Part shown: one piece after another, positions 8,156 through 15,439 of the stretch
Layout: every line of letters begins with the position of its first letter
Position numbering within the stretch: the stretch's first letter is position 1
Assembly (NCBI RefSeq): GCF_000953675.1
Contig: NZ_LN679998.1
Location: 1,819,963 to 1,843,962, forward strand
Source: Paraclostridium sordellii
GTDB taxonomy: Bacteria; Bacillota; Clostridia; Peptostreptococcales; Peptostreptococcaceae
DNA length: 24,000 nucleotides
Direction of reading: 5' to 3'
Program-made: the position numbers and the translations under genes
Notes under the pieces: model-generated
What the model saw: only the letters and a program-made list of their open reading frames with translations
Database searches by the model: none
What the model was told of the DNA's origin: nothing

Positions 8156-9037
8156 TTAATATGGATTTGTAGACATGTAAATATTAAACTTAGAACTATC
8201 AGATATTTCTTTAGTATCTGCAATTAAGTATTTATCTATATCTCTAACTCTTACTATATATTCATCTGGAGTTTTTAAGATAATTGTATCTCCACTTAAA
8301 TTTTCACCCAAAAATCTACTAGCTTCTTCTAACTCTTTTGTATCTGCAATTAAAAGCCTATCATCTTTAACTCTTACATAATATCCACCTTTTGTCTGAA
8401 TTACATAACTATTATCTAAAAATTGAAGAATAGTAAATTCTTCATTTACAGTTTGATTAAATTCAGTTGCAGCTAAATAACTACCTCCACCATTTATAGC
8501 CGTTACAAATCTTTGTTGCGATAATGAAATTATTACAATATTATCGTAAGCTATTTTAGTTACTTCTTTTATTTTAAATTTAGTTCTTTCATTTTCAGTT
8601 TTAGCTTTAGCATCTAAAATATTATCCTCATTAACCTGTATATAATCATTATTTTCAGTTTGTAAAGTAACTTCTTTATCATTTATTATATTTAATTTAA
8701 ATTTAGTAGCATCATATTTATTCGTTTCTACTGCAAAAAGTTTTTTAGTCTTATAGTCTAATTTAACATAATATCCTTCCTCTGTTTGTATTAAAAATTT
8801 TCCATCCAAGTGTTTTAGTATAAATCTATCTGAAAGTTCTACAGTGTCTATTTTGGCTGCTAATTCATTAAACTCGCCATCAACAGATACGTACTTTTCA
8901 TTAAAATTAGACTTTATAGTAATTAGCTTATTTTTTTTATCAGTTATATCTCTTACGGCACTTTTATAGGTATCTTTTTCTATAACTCCACTTTTATATA
9001 AGTATTTAAGATACATTAAATGCATGTTATTATTCAA
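8156..9037 (-). CDS. Cytoplasmic protein with two tandem beta-trefoil (fascin-like) domains (293 aa)
   Basis: Two ~120-aa halves, each with a 3-fold internal pseudo-repeat. Compare FILKHLDGKFLIQTEEGYYVKL..KLFAVETNKYDATKFKL with FTILQFLDNSYVIQTKGGYYVRV..LLIADTKELEEASRF. No signal peptide. TTG start at 9037 lies 6 nt after the SD AAGGGGGGGA. Confidence 0.5.
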   Translation of the reverse strand: MNNNMHLMYLKYLYKSGVIEKDTYKSAVRDITDKKNKLITIKSNFNEKYVSVDGEFNELAAKIDTVELSDRFILKHLDGKFLIQTEEGYYVKLDYKTKKLFAVETNKYDATKFKLNIINDKEVTLQTENNDYIQVNEDNILDAKAKTENERTKFKIKEVTKIAYDNIVIISLSQQRFVTAINGGGSYLAATEFNQTVNEEFTILQFLDNSYVIQTKGGYYVRVKDDRLLIADTKELEEASRFLGENLSGDTIILKTPDEYIVRVRDIDKYLIADTKEISDSSKFNIYMSTNPY

Positions 9038-9122
9038 CCGAAATCCCCCCCTTATATGTCTTAATATAATCTATGTTGATAATTTAAATTTGTAGTATGT
9101 CCATAAGTTATTACTTGTTAAC

Positions 9123-9162
9123 TAAAAAATAGTTCAAAATAAATTTTCTTATTTTGAACTAT
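9123..9162 (-). terminator. Intrinsic terminator of the DUF3298-like/small-membrane-protein unit
   Basis: 14-bp perfect stem ATAGTTCAAAATAA (9129-9142) / TTATTTTGAACTAT (9149-9162). The minus strand then reads TTTTTTAG. The stem includes the TAG stop codon (9159-9161). Confidence 0.8.
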
Positions 9163-9395
9163 TTGAATTCTTTAATACCTTTTAACTTGTATAAATTATA
9201 AATATTTATTAAAATAATGACTGCATTAGCTATAGCAACAGGGTATGCATAAACTTTAACACCATATATAATAAATAAAAAACATCCTATAGAATTTATT
9301 ATTCTAAGTCTTATAATAGATGTCATCATTAATGATATAGCTATTATAATAGATGCTAAGTATCCAACATACTCAATATAATCTACACTAAACAT
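9159..9395 (-). CDS. Small (78 aa) multi-pass membrane protein, SemiSWEET/YgjV-like in layout
   Basis: Almost entirely hydrophobic, with 2-3 predicted TM segments. ..FLFIIYG.. and ..PVAIANAVIILINIYNLYKLK resemble TM2/TM3 of PQ-loop/SemiSWEET-type proteins, but no PQ motif is present. SD AAGGAGA upstream. Confidence 0.4.
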   Translation of the reverse strand: MFSVDYIEYVGYLASIIIAISLMMTSIIRLRIINSIGCFLFIIYGVKVYAYPVAIANAVIILINIYNLYKLKGIKEFK

Positions 9396-9460
9396 TTTTA
9401 TTATCTCCTTTTTTTATTATTACATTTAGTGTATCGTTTTTTTATCTTAATATTCATAGT

Positions 9461-10135
9461 TTAAATATGAATATAGTCTTTATTAAGATAGTCTTTAAAC
9501 TCTTTGATTTCTAATCTGATTTTAGGTATACAAATATATTCTGGATATTTTTCACTTTCTTCCAAGTATATTATAATAAAATTATTAGTTATATAAAATT
9601 TTTGATTTTCACTGATTCCTTCAAAACCACTTTCTGTATGAAAAAGTAAATTTTTATTTTTTATATAATTATTTATAAGCTTTTTATAGTCTACGCTTCT
9701 TATAAATAAATCCTTTAGCTTTAATTCTTTTCCTTCTAATATATCCCAGTTATAACTTTTTAAAAAAAATTTTTTATTGAATCCTTTAGTAATTATAAAT
9801 ATTTCAACAAGTATACTTATTGTATTTTTTTCATTATATGTTACAAAAAACTGAGTATACCCTTCAACCTGATATTTAAAAGCTTTTTCTTTATAAATTT
9901 CTTCATGTTCTAATGCAATCTTTTCTAGTAATTCTTTAAATTTTATCGCATCATTATATATTTTGTTATTAATGTTTTGTATATTATATATTTTATAATC
10001 TTTATTATATAGAGATTCGCTAGATATATTTATTTGAGGATAGTTAATATCGTATTTTATCAACTCACTATTTTTTGTAAATTTATTTTCAAAAAAACAA
10101 AATTTTTTTTCTCTATATTCACAGGTTTTATACAT
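9461..10135 (-). CDS. DUF4163/DUF3298-like (RsiV/PdaC-ectodomain-type) protein without TM or signal peptide (224 aa)
   Basis: The pattern ..IKYDINYPQINISS....INNKIYNDAIKF.. followed by ..NWDILEGKELKLKDLF.. matches the characteristic 'I.YPQi......iN..I' and 'd..tGk.l.L.DLF' layout of these domains. SD AGGAGGA upstream. No terminator before the next gene. Confidence 0.45.
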   Translation of the reverse strand: MYKTCEYREKKFCFFENKFTKNSELIKYDINYPQINISSESLYNKDYKIYNIQNINNKIYNDAIKFKELLEKIALEHEEIYKEKAFKYQVEGYTQFFVTYNEKNTISILVEIFIITKGFNKKFFLKSYNWDILEGKELKLKDLFIRSVDYKKLINNYIKNKNLLFHTESGFEGISENQKFYITNNFIIIYLEESEKYPEYICIPKIRLEIKEFKDYLNKDYIHI

Positions 10136-10203
10136 AATAATCCTCCTAAAAAAATAGGTTTTATTTTAAATCTATGATAATTATTACGTTTTATTGAATA
10201 AAA

Positions 10204-10227
10204 AAAGTATAGTAAAAACTATACTTT
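10204..10227 (-). terminator. Intrinsic terminator of the histidine-kinase gene
   Basis: Stem AAGTATAG / CTATACTT with loop TAAAAA, flanked by A7 and T7 runs. The stem includes the TAG stop codon (10219-10221). Confidence 0.7.
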
Positions 10228-11523
10228 TTTTATATGGCATGGAACCTTTATATTAAACTCAGTTTCAATGTCATCACTATACACTTCTATAGTACAATTA
10301 TATGATTCTAAAATTCGTTTTATAGAATATAGTCCATACCCTCTATTTTTTCCTTTTGAAGAATACCCAAGTTCAAAAATTTTATTTAAATCTTCTATTT
10401 TTCTTCCATTATTTTTAATAGATATATTGTGATAATCTTCTTCTTTATAAACATCAACATGTATGTATTTATAATCATCCTTGCTTTTTTTTAATTCATC
10501 TATTGCATTATCAATTATATTTAATAAAATAGCACTTAATTCAGAATCTGAAAGTTCAACTTCTTCTAATAAACTATCTATACATGAAGTTAACTGAATA
10601 TCATATTTTAAAGCTCTTCTATTTTTTGTATTTAAAACAGCATCTATACATGAATTACCTGTACTAAAATAATTAAATCCACTAGTATCATCGGTTGAAA
10701 GACCTAGTATATAGTTTTTTGCATCTTCATTTTTTCCACTAGTAACTTGCATCAATATAACTTGTAAATGATTCATATAGTCATGTCTTTGAAGTCTAAG
10801 AACATCTACTGTATCTTCCATTTGTTTTAAGTTATTTTGTATCAAATTTATTTCCATATCATTTAAAATTCTCTTTTTATTATAATTTATAAGTATTAAC
10901 ATTAGTGCTATTAATATTAGTATAAATGAACAAGTTAAAAATAATATTAAAAACTGTTCGGTATCAAATTTTAAATTCCTATTTTTATATATAAGTAACA
11001 CAACAATTCCAATTATAATTATAATAAATGAACTAATATAAAATACCAATCTTTCTACTTGTTTACTTCTATATAATTTACTATTATTATCTATCTCTTT
11101 CAAAAACTTCTTATACCTAAATAATCTTATAATTATAAACATTACACATATAGGAATGTAATAAACTAATATCTTTAGTACTTGATTTTTTAATATAAAA
11201 TCTAAGTTAACTCCCATTAAATTTATAAATAATATTGATGTCATCTCTAAAAAAAGTAACATTGTCATGGTTATAATAGTAGCTATACAACATCTAAGAA
11301 TACTTGATTTTGAATATATATATATCATTGCAGCTACTACTATATTTGAAATTATGGAGTTTAATCCTATTGGAGTAATATTTCTTATAAAAAAACATAT
11401 AATTGCATATATTACCCCCATATAAAATATATCTCTTTTTCTTATATTTTTTTCTATAATTATACTCAATCCACTAAATATTACTATTCCCTCTGGTATT
11501 GCCATGAAAATAAGTTCTTTCAA
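10219..11523 (-). CDS. Orphan multi-TM sensor histidine kinase, AgrC/HPK10-like
   Basis: About 6-7 N-terminal hydrophobic helices. H-box LRLQRHDYMNHLQVI (His271 of the maximal ORF), N-box LLNIIDNAIDE, G-box GYSSKGKNRGYGLYSIKRIL. The start is unresolved. The ORF is open to a TTG at 11595, but a strong SD AAAGGGGGAGGTG lies inside it at 11536-11548. In-frame candidates after that SD are ATT 11529, TTG 11523 and ATG 11505. Confidence 0.8.
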   Translation of the reverse strand: MKELIFMAIPEGIVIFSGLSIIIEKNIRKRDIFYMGVIYAIICFFIRNITPIGLNSIISNIVVAAMIYIYSKSSILRCCIATIITMTMLLFLEMTSILFINLMGVNLDFILKNQVLKILVYYIPICVMFIIIRLFRYKKFLKEIDNNSKLYRSKQVERLVFYISSFIIIIIGIVVLLIYKNRNLKFDTEQFLILFLTCSFILILIALMLILINYNKKRILNDMEINLIQNNLKQMEDTVDVLRLQRHDYMNHLQVILMQVTSGKNEDAKNYILGLSTDDTSGFNYFSTGNSCIDAVLNTKNRRALKYDIQLTSCIDSLLEEVELSDSELSAILLNIIDNAIDELKKSKDDYKYIHVDVYKEEDYHNISIKNNGRKIEDLNKIFELGYSSKGKNRGYGLYSIKRILESYNCTIEVYSDDIETEFNIKVPCHIKKV

Positions 11524-11663
11524 GTTAATTTTTGACACCTCCCCCTTTATTATTAATGTTAACATATTTTTAACAACACTTCTATATTTCAGCAAAACAT
11601 TATATAATTTGATAAATTTTAATATATGTATAATAACTTGTTTTGAATTTCATATAAATAAAA

Positions 11664-11686
11664 AAAGAAGATTAACTATCTTCTTT
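11664..11686 (-). terminator. Intrinsic terminator of the ykvI-like gene
   Basis: Stem AAAGAAGAT / ATCTTCTTT with loop TAACT. The minus strand continues TTTTTTTATTT. The hairpin overlaps the TAG stop codon (11676-11678). Confidence 0.7.
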
Positions 11687-12734
11687 TTAAAATTATAGAT
11701 AAAATTATTAAAACTCCTATTGATCCTGATATAGGATACATAAAATTAACTAGATATGAAAAAGGCAAATTGCCAGCTAAAATTCCTAAAATCGTACAAC
11801 TAACTGCCATTATATTAAATTTCTTAGATTTTTCCATATAACAACTACTGCATACATTCCATAATAATGGAACTGCTGTTGTATATATTCCACCTATTAA
11901 AATTAGTGAAAATAGGTTTCCAACAATAGGAGAAATTTGTTTAGCCATATATAAAGTAGGTATTTCCTTATTATATACATTTGATAAATCAGATAAAAGT
12001 GCCAGGTTTATAGCCATTGCCGATATTACAAGTATTGATCCTCCAATTATCCCAGCATATCTACATCCTCTTATACTTTTTGCAGTTTTTCCTGCTCCTA
12101 CTAAAAAAGGTGCTGCAAATATTATATTTAATCCGCTATATACTAAAGATGATAAAACCCAGCTGTTTATAGGTTTTATTAAATTCAAAGAGTTTACAGT
12201 GTAATTTAGGTTATCTAAGTTTGTATAGTTATTAGTTATAGTTATTATACTTACAACAATTGCAACTATAGCTATCATAGGACCTATATTACCTAATATT
12301 TCTAAAACTTTATTAATACCCATTATAACTGATACCATAGAAATTAGTGCTAATAAAATGCACCCTACAGTCTTATTAATTCCATAGTATTCATTTATAG
12401 TTGCTCCAGCCCCTGATATCATTACTACAAAACTACATAATGAAAAAACAGGAATTATTATTTTAAATATGTTGCCTATAAAATCTCCAAATAAATAAAC
12501 AAAGATATCATTACTGTATTTTAGACTAACGGATTTTCCTATTTCAAATAATTTAGTTCCACAGTACGCCATTATTATTAAACATAAAATTCCTAATAAT
12601 ATACTTTTGCTCCCATGTGATGAAAAAAATTGTAATATCTCTTGTCCAGTAGCAAATCCAGAGCCTATACATACAGATATATAAGCTCCAGATAACAATA
12701 TAACTTCTTTTGTATTTTTAAAAATTTCAATCAC
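11676..12734 (-). CDS. YkvI-family integral membrane protein (APC/spore-germination-permease-like), 352 aa
   Basis: The N-terminal GAYISVCIGSGFATGQEILQFF motif is typical of YkvI, followed by about 10-11 hydrophobic segments. No ATG lies near the 5' end. The ORF starts at GTG 12734, but the SD TAGGAG overlaps that GTG. An in-frame ATT at 12725 is correctly spaced, so the start codon is uncertain. Confidence 0.65.
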   Translation of the reverse strand: MIEIFKNTKEVILLSGAYISVCIGSGFATGQEILQFFSSHGSKSILLGILCLIIMAYCGTKLFEIGKSVSLKYSNDIFVYLFGDFIGNIFKIIIPVFSLCSFVVMISGAGATINEYYGINKTVGCILLALISMVSVIMGINKVLEILGNIGPMIAIVAIVVSIITITNNYTNLDNLNYTVNSLNLIKPINSWVLSSLVYSGLNIIFAAPFLVGAGKTAKSIRGCRYAGIIGGSILVISAMAINLALLSDLSNVYNKEIPTLYMAKQISPIVGNLFSLILIGGIYTTAVPLLWNVCSSCYMEKSKKFNIMAVSCTILGILAGNLPFSYLVNFMYPISGSIGVLIILSIILKRR

Positions 12735-12851
12735 TCCTATATATTAATAATTTAATTCTTTATTAATAATATATAAGACAAAGTTAATACATATTACTTT
12801 TATTTAAAGTTATGATATAGACTTAATTTTCTATTAATTTATTTCTAATAA

Positions 12852-12887
12852 AAAAATCTGGAAATTTTAAAAAATTCCCAGATTTTT
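12852..12887 (-). terminator. Intrinsic terminator of the U32 gene
   Basis: Imperfect stem AAATCTGG(A)AATTTT / AAAATTCCCAGATTT, flanked by an A7 run and a T8 run, directly after the stop codon. Confidence 0.7.
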
Positions 12888-12888
12888 T

Positions 12889-14130
12889 TTATAATACATT
12901 TATTGATGTTATAGGCTTTCTAAGCATATAATTTTCTTCTACCTCAATATCTAATTTCATTTTTACTATTTGCTTAGCATGAGGTGCTGATTCAATTGGC
13001 TCACCATCTTCATTATACATTTCTAAAATAGTTGCATACATAGTCTCTTTATACGGTCCTATTATTTCTATCTCATCTCCAACAAACATTCTATTTCTTT
13101 GTTCTACTATAACTAAATCATTTTCTTTATCATGACCTCTGACAACACCTATAAAATCATAATTTCTAACATATGAAGCAGATTCGTAATTTTGATCTTT
13201 AGTAGATGTCTTTCCTAAGTAAAAACCAGTACTAAAATGTCTATGACTACCTTTTTTTAATTCTTCTAACCACATAGGATTAAACTTCCAATTTTCTGGA
13301 TCTTTTATATATTCATCTATTGCCATTCTATATGCTCTTACAGTAGTTGCAACATAATAAGCAGTTTTCATTCTTCCTTCTATTTTAAAACTATTTATCC
13401 CACTTTCTATAATTTGAGGGACATACTCTATCATGCACATATCTTTCGTATTAAAGAAAAATTCTGAATCTATATCATCTAATACTTTTTCATAATCTCC
13501 ATTTTCATTTTCTTCAACTAAAGTATATTTCCATCTACATGATTGAGCACAAGCTCCTCTATTTGCATCTCTCCCTGTAGTATAATTACTAATTACACAC
13601 TTTCCTGAATATGACATACACATAGCTCCATGTATAAAAGCTTCTATATCCATATCTTTAGGACTGTTTTCTCTTATTTCTTGTATCTCTTTAAAAGATA
13701 ATTCTCTTGCCATAACAACTCTTTTAGCTCCTTGATTATACCAAAAAGTTGCTGAAGCAGCATTAGTTGTACTAGCTTGAGTACTTATATGTATTTCCAT
13801 ATTAGGTAAAACTCTTCTTACTACACTAAATACTCCTGGATCACTTACTATAACAGCGTCAACACCTATTTCATCTAATTCTTTTAAATAAGCTTCTAAC
13901 TGTTCAAACTCTTCATTTCTAGGTATTATATTAACAGTAACAAATACTTGCTTACCTCTTTCATGAGCAAATTTTACGCCTTCTGCCATATCTTCTTTAT
14001 TAAAGTTTTTAGCAGCAGATCTCATTCCAAATATTTCTCCTCCTATATATACAGCATCTGCTCCATATATAAAAGCTGTTTTTAGTCTCTCTAAATCACC
14101 TGCTGGTGCTAATAATTCTATCTTTTGCAT
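12889..14130 (-). CDS. Peptidase-U32-family protein (collagenase-like annotation; Fe-S hydroxylase-type, RlhA/TrhP/UbiU-like), 413 aa
   Basis: N-terminus MQKIELLAPAGDLERLKTAFIYGADAVYIGG is typical of U32. Cys motif C171-x6-C178-x15-C194-x3-C198 (CMSYSGKCVISNYTTGRDANRGACAQSC). SD AAAGGAGAA upstream. Confidence 0.85.
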   Translation of the reverse strand: MQKIELLAPAGDLERLKTAFIYGADAVYIGGEIFGMRSAAKNFNKEDMAEGVKFAHERGKQVFVTVNIIPRNEEFEQLEAYLKELDEIGVDAVIVSDPGVFSVVRRVLPNMEIHISTQASTTNAASATFWYNQGAKRVVMARELSFKEIQEIRENSPKDMDIEAFIHGAMCMSYSGKCVISNYTTGRDANRGACAQSCRWKYTLVEENENGDYEKVLDDIDSEFFFNTKDMCMIEYVPQIIESGINSFKIEGRMKTAYYVATTVRAYRMAIDEYIKDPENWKFNPMWLEELKKGSHRHFSTGFYLGKTSTKDQNYESASYVRNYDFIGVVRGHDKENDLVIVEQRNRMFVGDEIEIIGPYKETMYATILEMYNEDGEPIESAPHAKQIVKMKLDIEVEENYMLRKPITSINVL

Positions 14131-14164
14131 AGTTTCTCCTTTATTAAGATGTTTTATCTAAAAT

Positions 14165-14209
14165 ACCCTCTTTAAAATTAGTTTCTATATACTTATCTTT
14201 AAAGAGGGT
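14165..14209 (-). terminator. Hairpin between the Cho-like gene and the U32 gene (terminator or leader element)
   Basis: 12-bp stem ACCCTCTTTAAA (14165-14176) / TTTAAAGAGGGT (14198-14209). The minus-strand tail ATTTTAG is a poor T-tract. It lies 137 nt after the upstream stop and 35 nt before the U32 ATG. Confidence 0.45.
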
Positions 14210-14346
14210 TGCTATTATTTTATTATGATATTTTTTCAAATCTTTTTATACCCATAATTAAAATTAAATAATCAATTTATTATATAATATGTTGAAACTA
14301 TTTAATTATATCAAAGTGTTCATATAAAATCTAGTTTAGATTTAGC

Positions 14347-15360
14347 TTAATATTTTAATAACAGTCTATTTATTTGTTTGATATCTAATTTATCCGCTTG
14401 AAAAAATTTACATTCACTTTTAGTATTTAAATAATTATATATTATTTTTGATAAGTCTATATCATCTTTTATTAAACATAAATTTTCTTTATTAAATTTT
14501 TTTAAATCTAAATAACTTAAATTTAGATTATCTTTTGCTATGATTTTAGAATATATTTTCTCTATTCCTTCAAATATATATAATTTAATTAAATTTTCAT
14601 CAATTTTAATACTACATATAGTAAATTTTTTATTTTTAATAAAGTTTATAACCCTAGTTCTATTTATGAGACTTTTAATATTTTCAATATCTTCTTTATA
14701 TTTTAATGCTTTTTCAAAATTTAGTTTTTCAGTCTCTTTTTCCATTTTAGTTATCAATCTTTCTATTATTTCTAAATTATAACCATTCAAAGTGTCTATA
14801 AGTTTTTTTATAGCCAAGCTATATTCTTCTATATTTTCTTTTCTACATGGTTCTAGACAAATACCTATATCGCCTTTTATACATCCTTTTAAGCTTTGTA
14901 TACCTTTGCATTGTCTTATTTTAAAATGATTAGATAATATTTTAGCGATATTATCTAATTTTTTAATATGACAATACGGTCCAAAATATAAACCATTATC
15001 TGTCTTTTCCATAGAACATTCTAATAATGGATATTCCTCATTAATATTTAACTTTAAATATGCATATGCTCTATCATTTTTTAGTAGTGTATTATACATT
15101 GGATTAAACTTTTTTATTAAATCACATTCAAGTAATAATGCATCTAACTCTGTATCAGTTTTTACAATTTCTATATCATCAATAAACTTGACCATTCTTA
15201 CAATCTTTTTTGAAGGTGCATAAGAAGGCATAAAATATTGAGTTACACGATTTTTTAAACATTTAGACTTCCCTATATATATAATATTTTTATATTTATC
15301 TTTCATAATGTAAACTCCAGGAGTTTGAGGTAAAAATTTTAATTTTTCTTTTATATTCAT
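14347..15360 (-). CDS. Truncated UvrC paralogue (Cho-like): GIY-YIG nuclease + Cys4 region + UVR domain. The C-terminal RNase-H-like endonuclease and HhH domains are absent (337 aa)
   Basis: Strong UvrC N-half pattern: PGVYIMKD..NIIYIGKSKCLKNRVTQYF, TELDALLLECDLIKKFNPMYN, LKNDRAYAYLKL. Cys cluster C151-x8-C160-x7-C168-x3-C172. UVR-like helix FEKALKYKEDIENIKSL. The protein ends about 260 aa short of full-length UvrC. Confidence 0.8.
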   Translation of the reverse strand: MNIKEKLKFLPQTPGVYIMKDKYKNIIYIGKSKCLKNRVTQYFMPSYAPSKKIVRMVKFIDDIEIVKTDTELDALLLECDLIKKFNPMYNTLLKNDRAYAYLKLNINEEYPLLECSMEKTDNGLYFGPYCHIKKLDNIAKILSNHFKIRQCKGIQSLKGCIKGDIGICLEPCRKENIEEYSLAIKKLIDTLNGYNLEIIERLITKMEKETEKLNFEKALKYKEDIENIKSLINRTRVINFIKNKKFTICSIKIDENLIKLYIFEGIEKIYSKIIAKDNLNLSYLDLKKFNKENLCLIKDDIDLSKIIYNYLNTKSECKFFQADKLDIKQINRLLLKY

Positions 15361-15369
15361 ACTCTCACC

Positions 15370-15415
15370 TTTATATACTGATATAATATTAGTAAATATT
15401 ATATCAGTATATAAA
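15370..15415 (-). promoter_or_regulatory. 21-bp perfect palindrome (4-nt loop) abutting the SD of the Cho-like gene; candidate operator/promoter or 5' stem-loop
   Basis: TTTATATACTGATATAATATT (15370-15390), loop AGTA, AATATTATATCAGTATATAAA (15395-15415). Each arm contains TGATATAAT (an extended -10 consensus). On the minus strand the hairpin is followed directly by AGGTGAGAGT-ATG. No U-tract. Confidence 0.5.
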
Positions 15416-15439
15416 TTATATGGCTAATAAAAAACTATA

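Noticed and set aside
11504-11698. Plus-strand ORF 11504..11698
   Set aside because: It spans the antisense of the kinase 5' end, the intergenic spacer and the ykvI terminator. No SD is present.
14540-14782. Plus-strand ORF 14540..14782
   Set aside because: Antisense shadow inside the Cho-like gene.
15361-15439. LexA (Cheo) box GAAC-N4-GTTC upstream of the Cho-like gene
   Set aside because: No GAAC/GTTC half-sites occur in the spacer, so SOS control cannot be inferred from the sequence.
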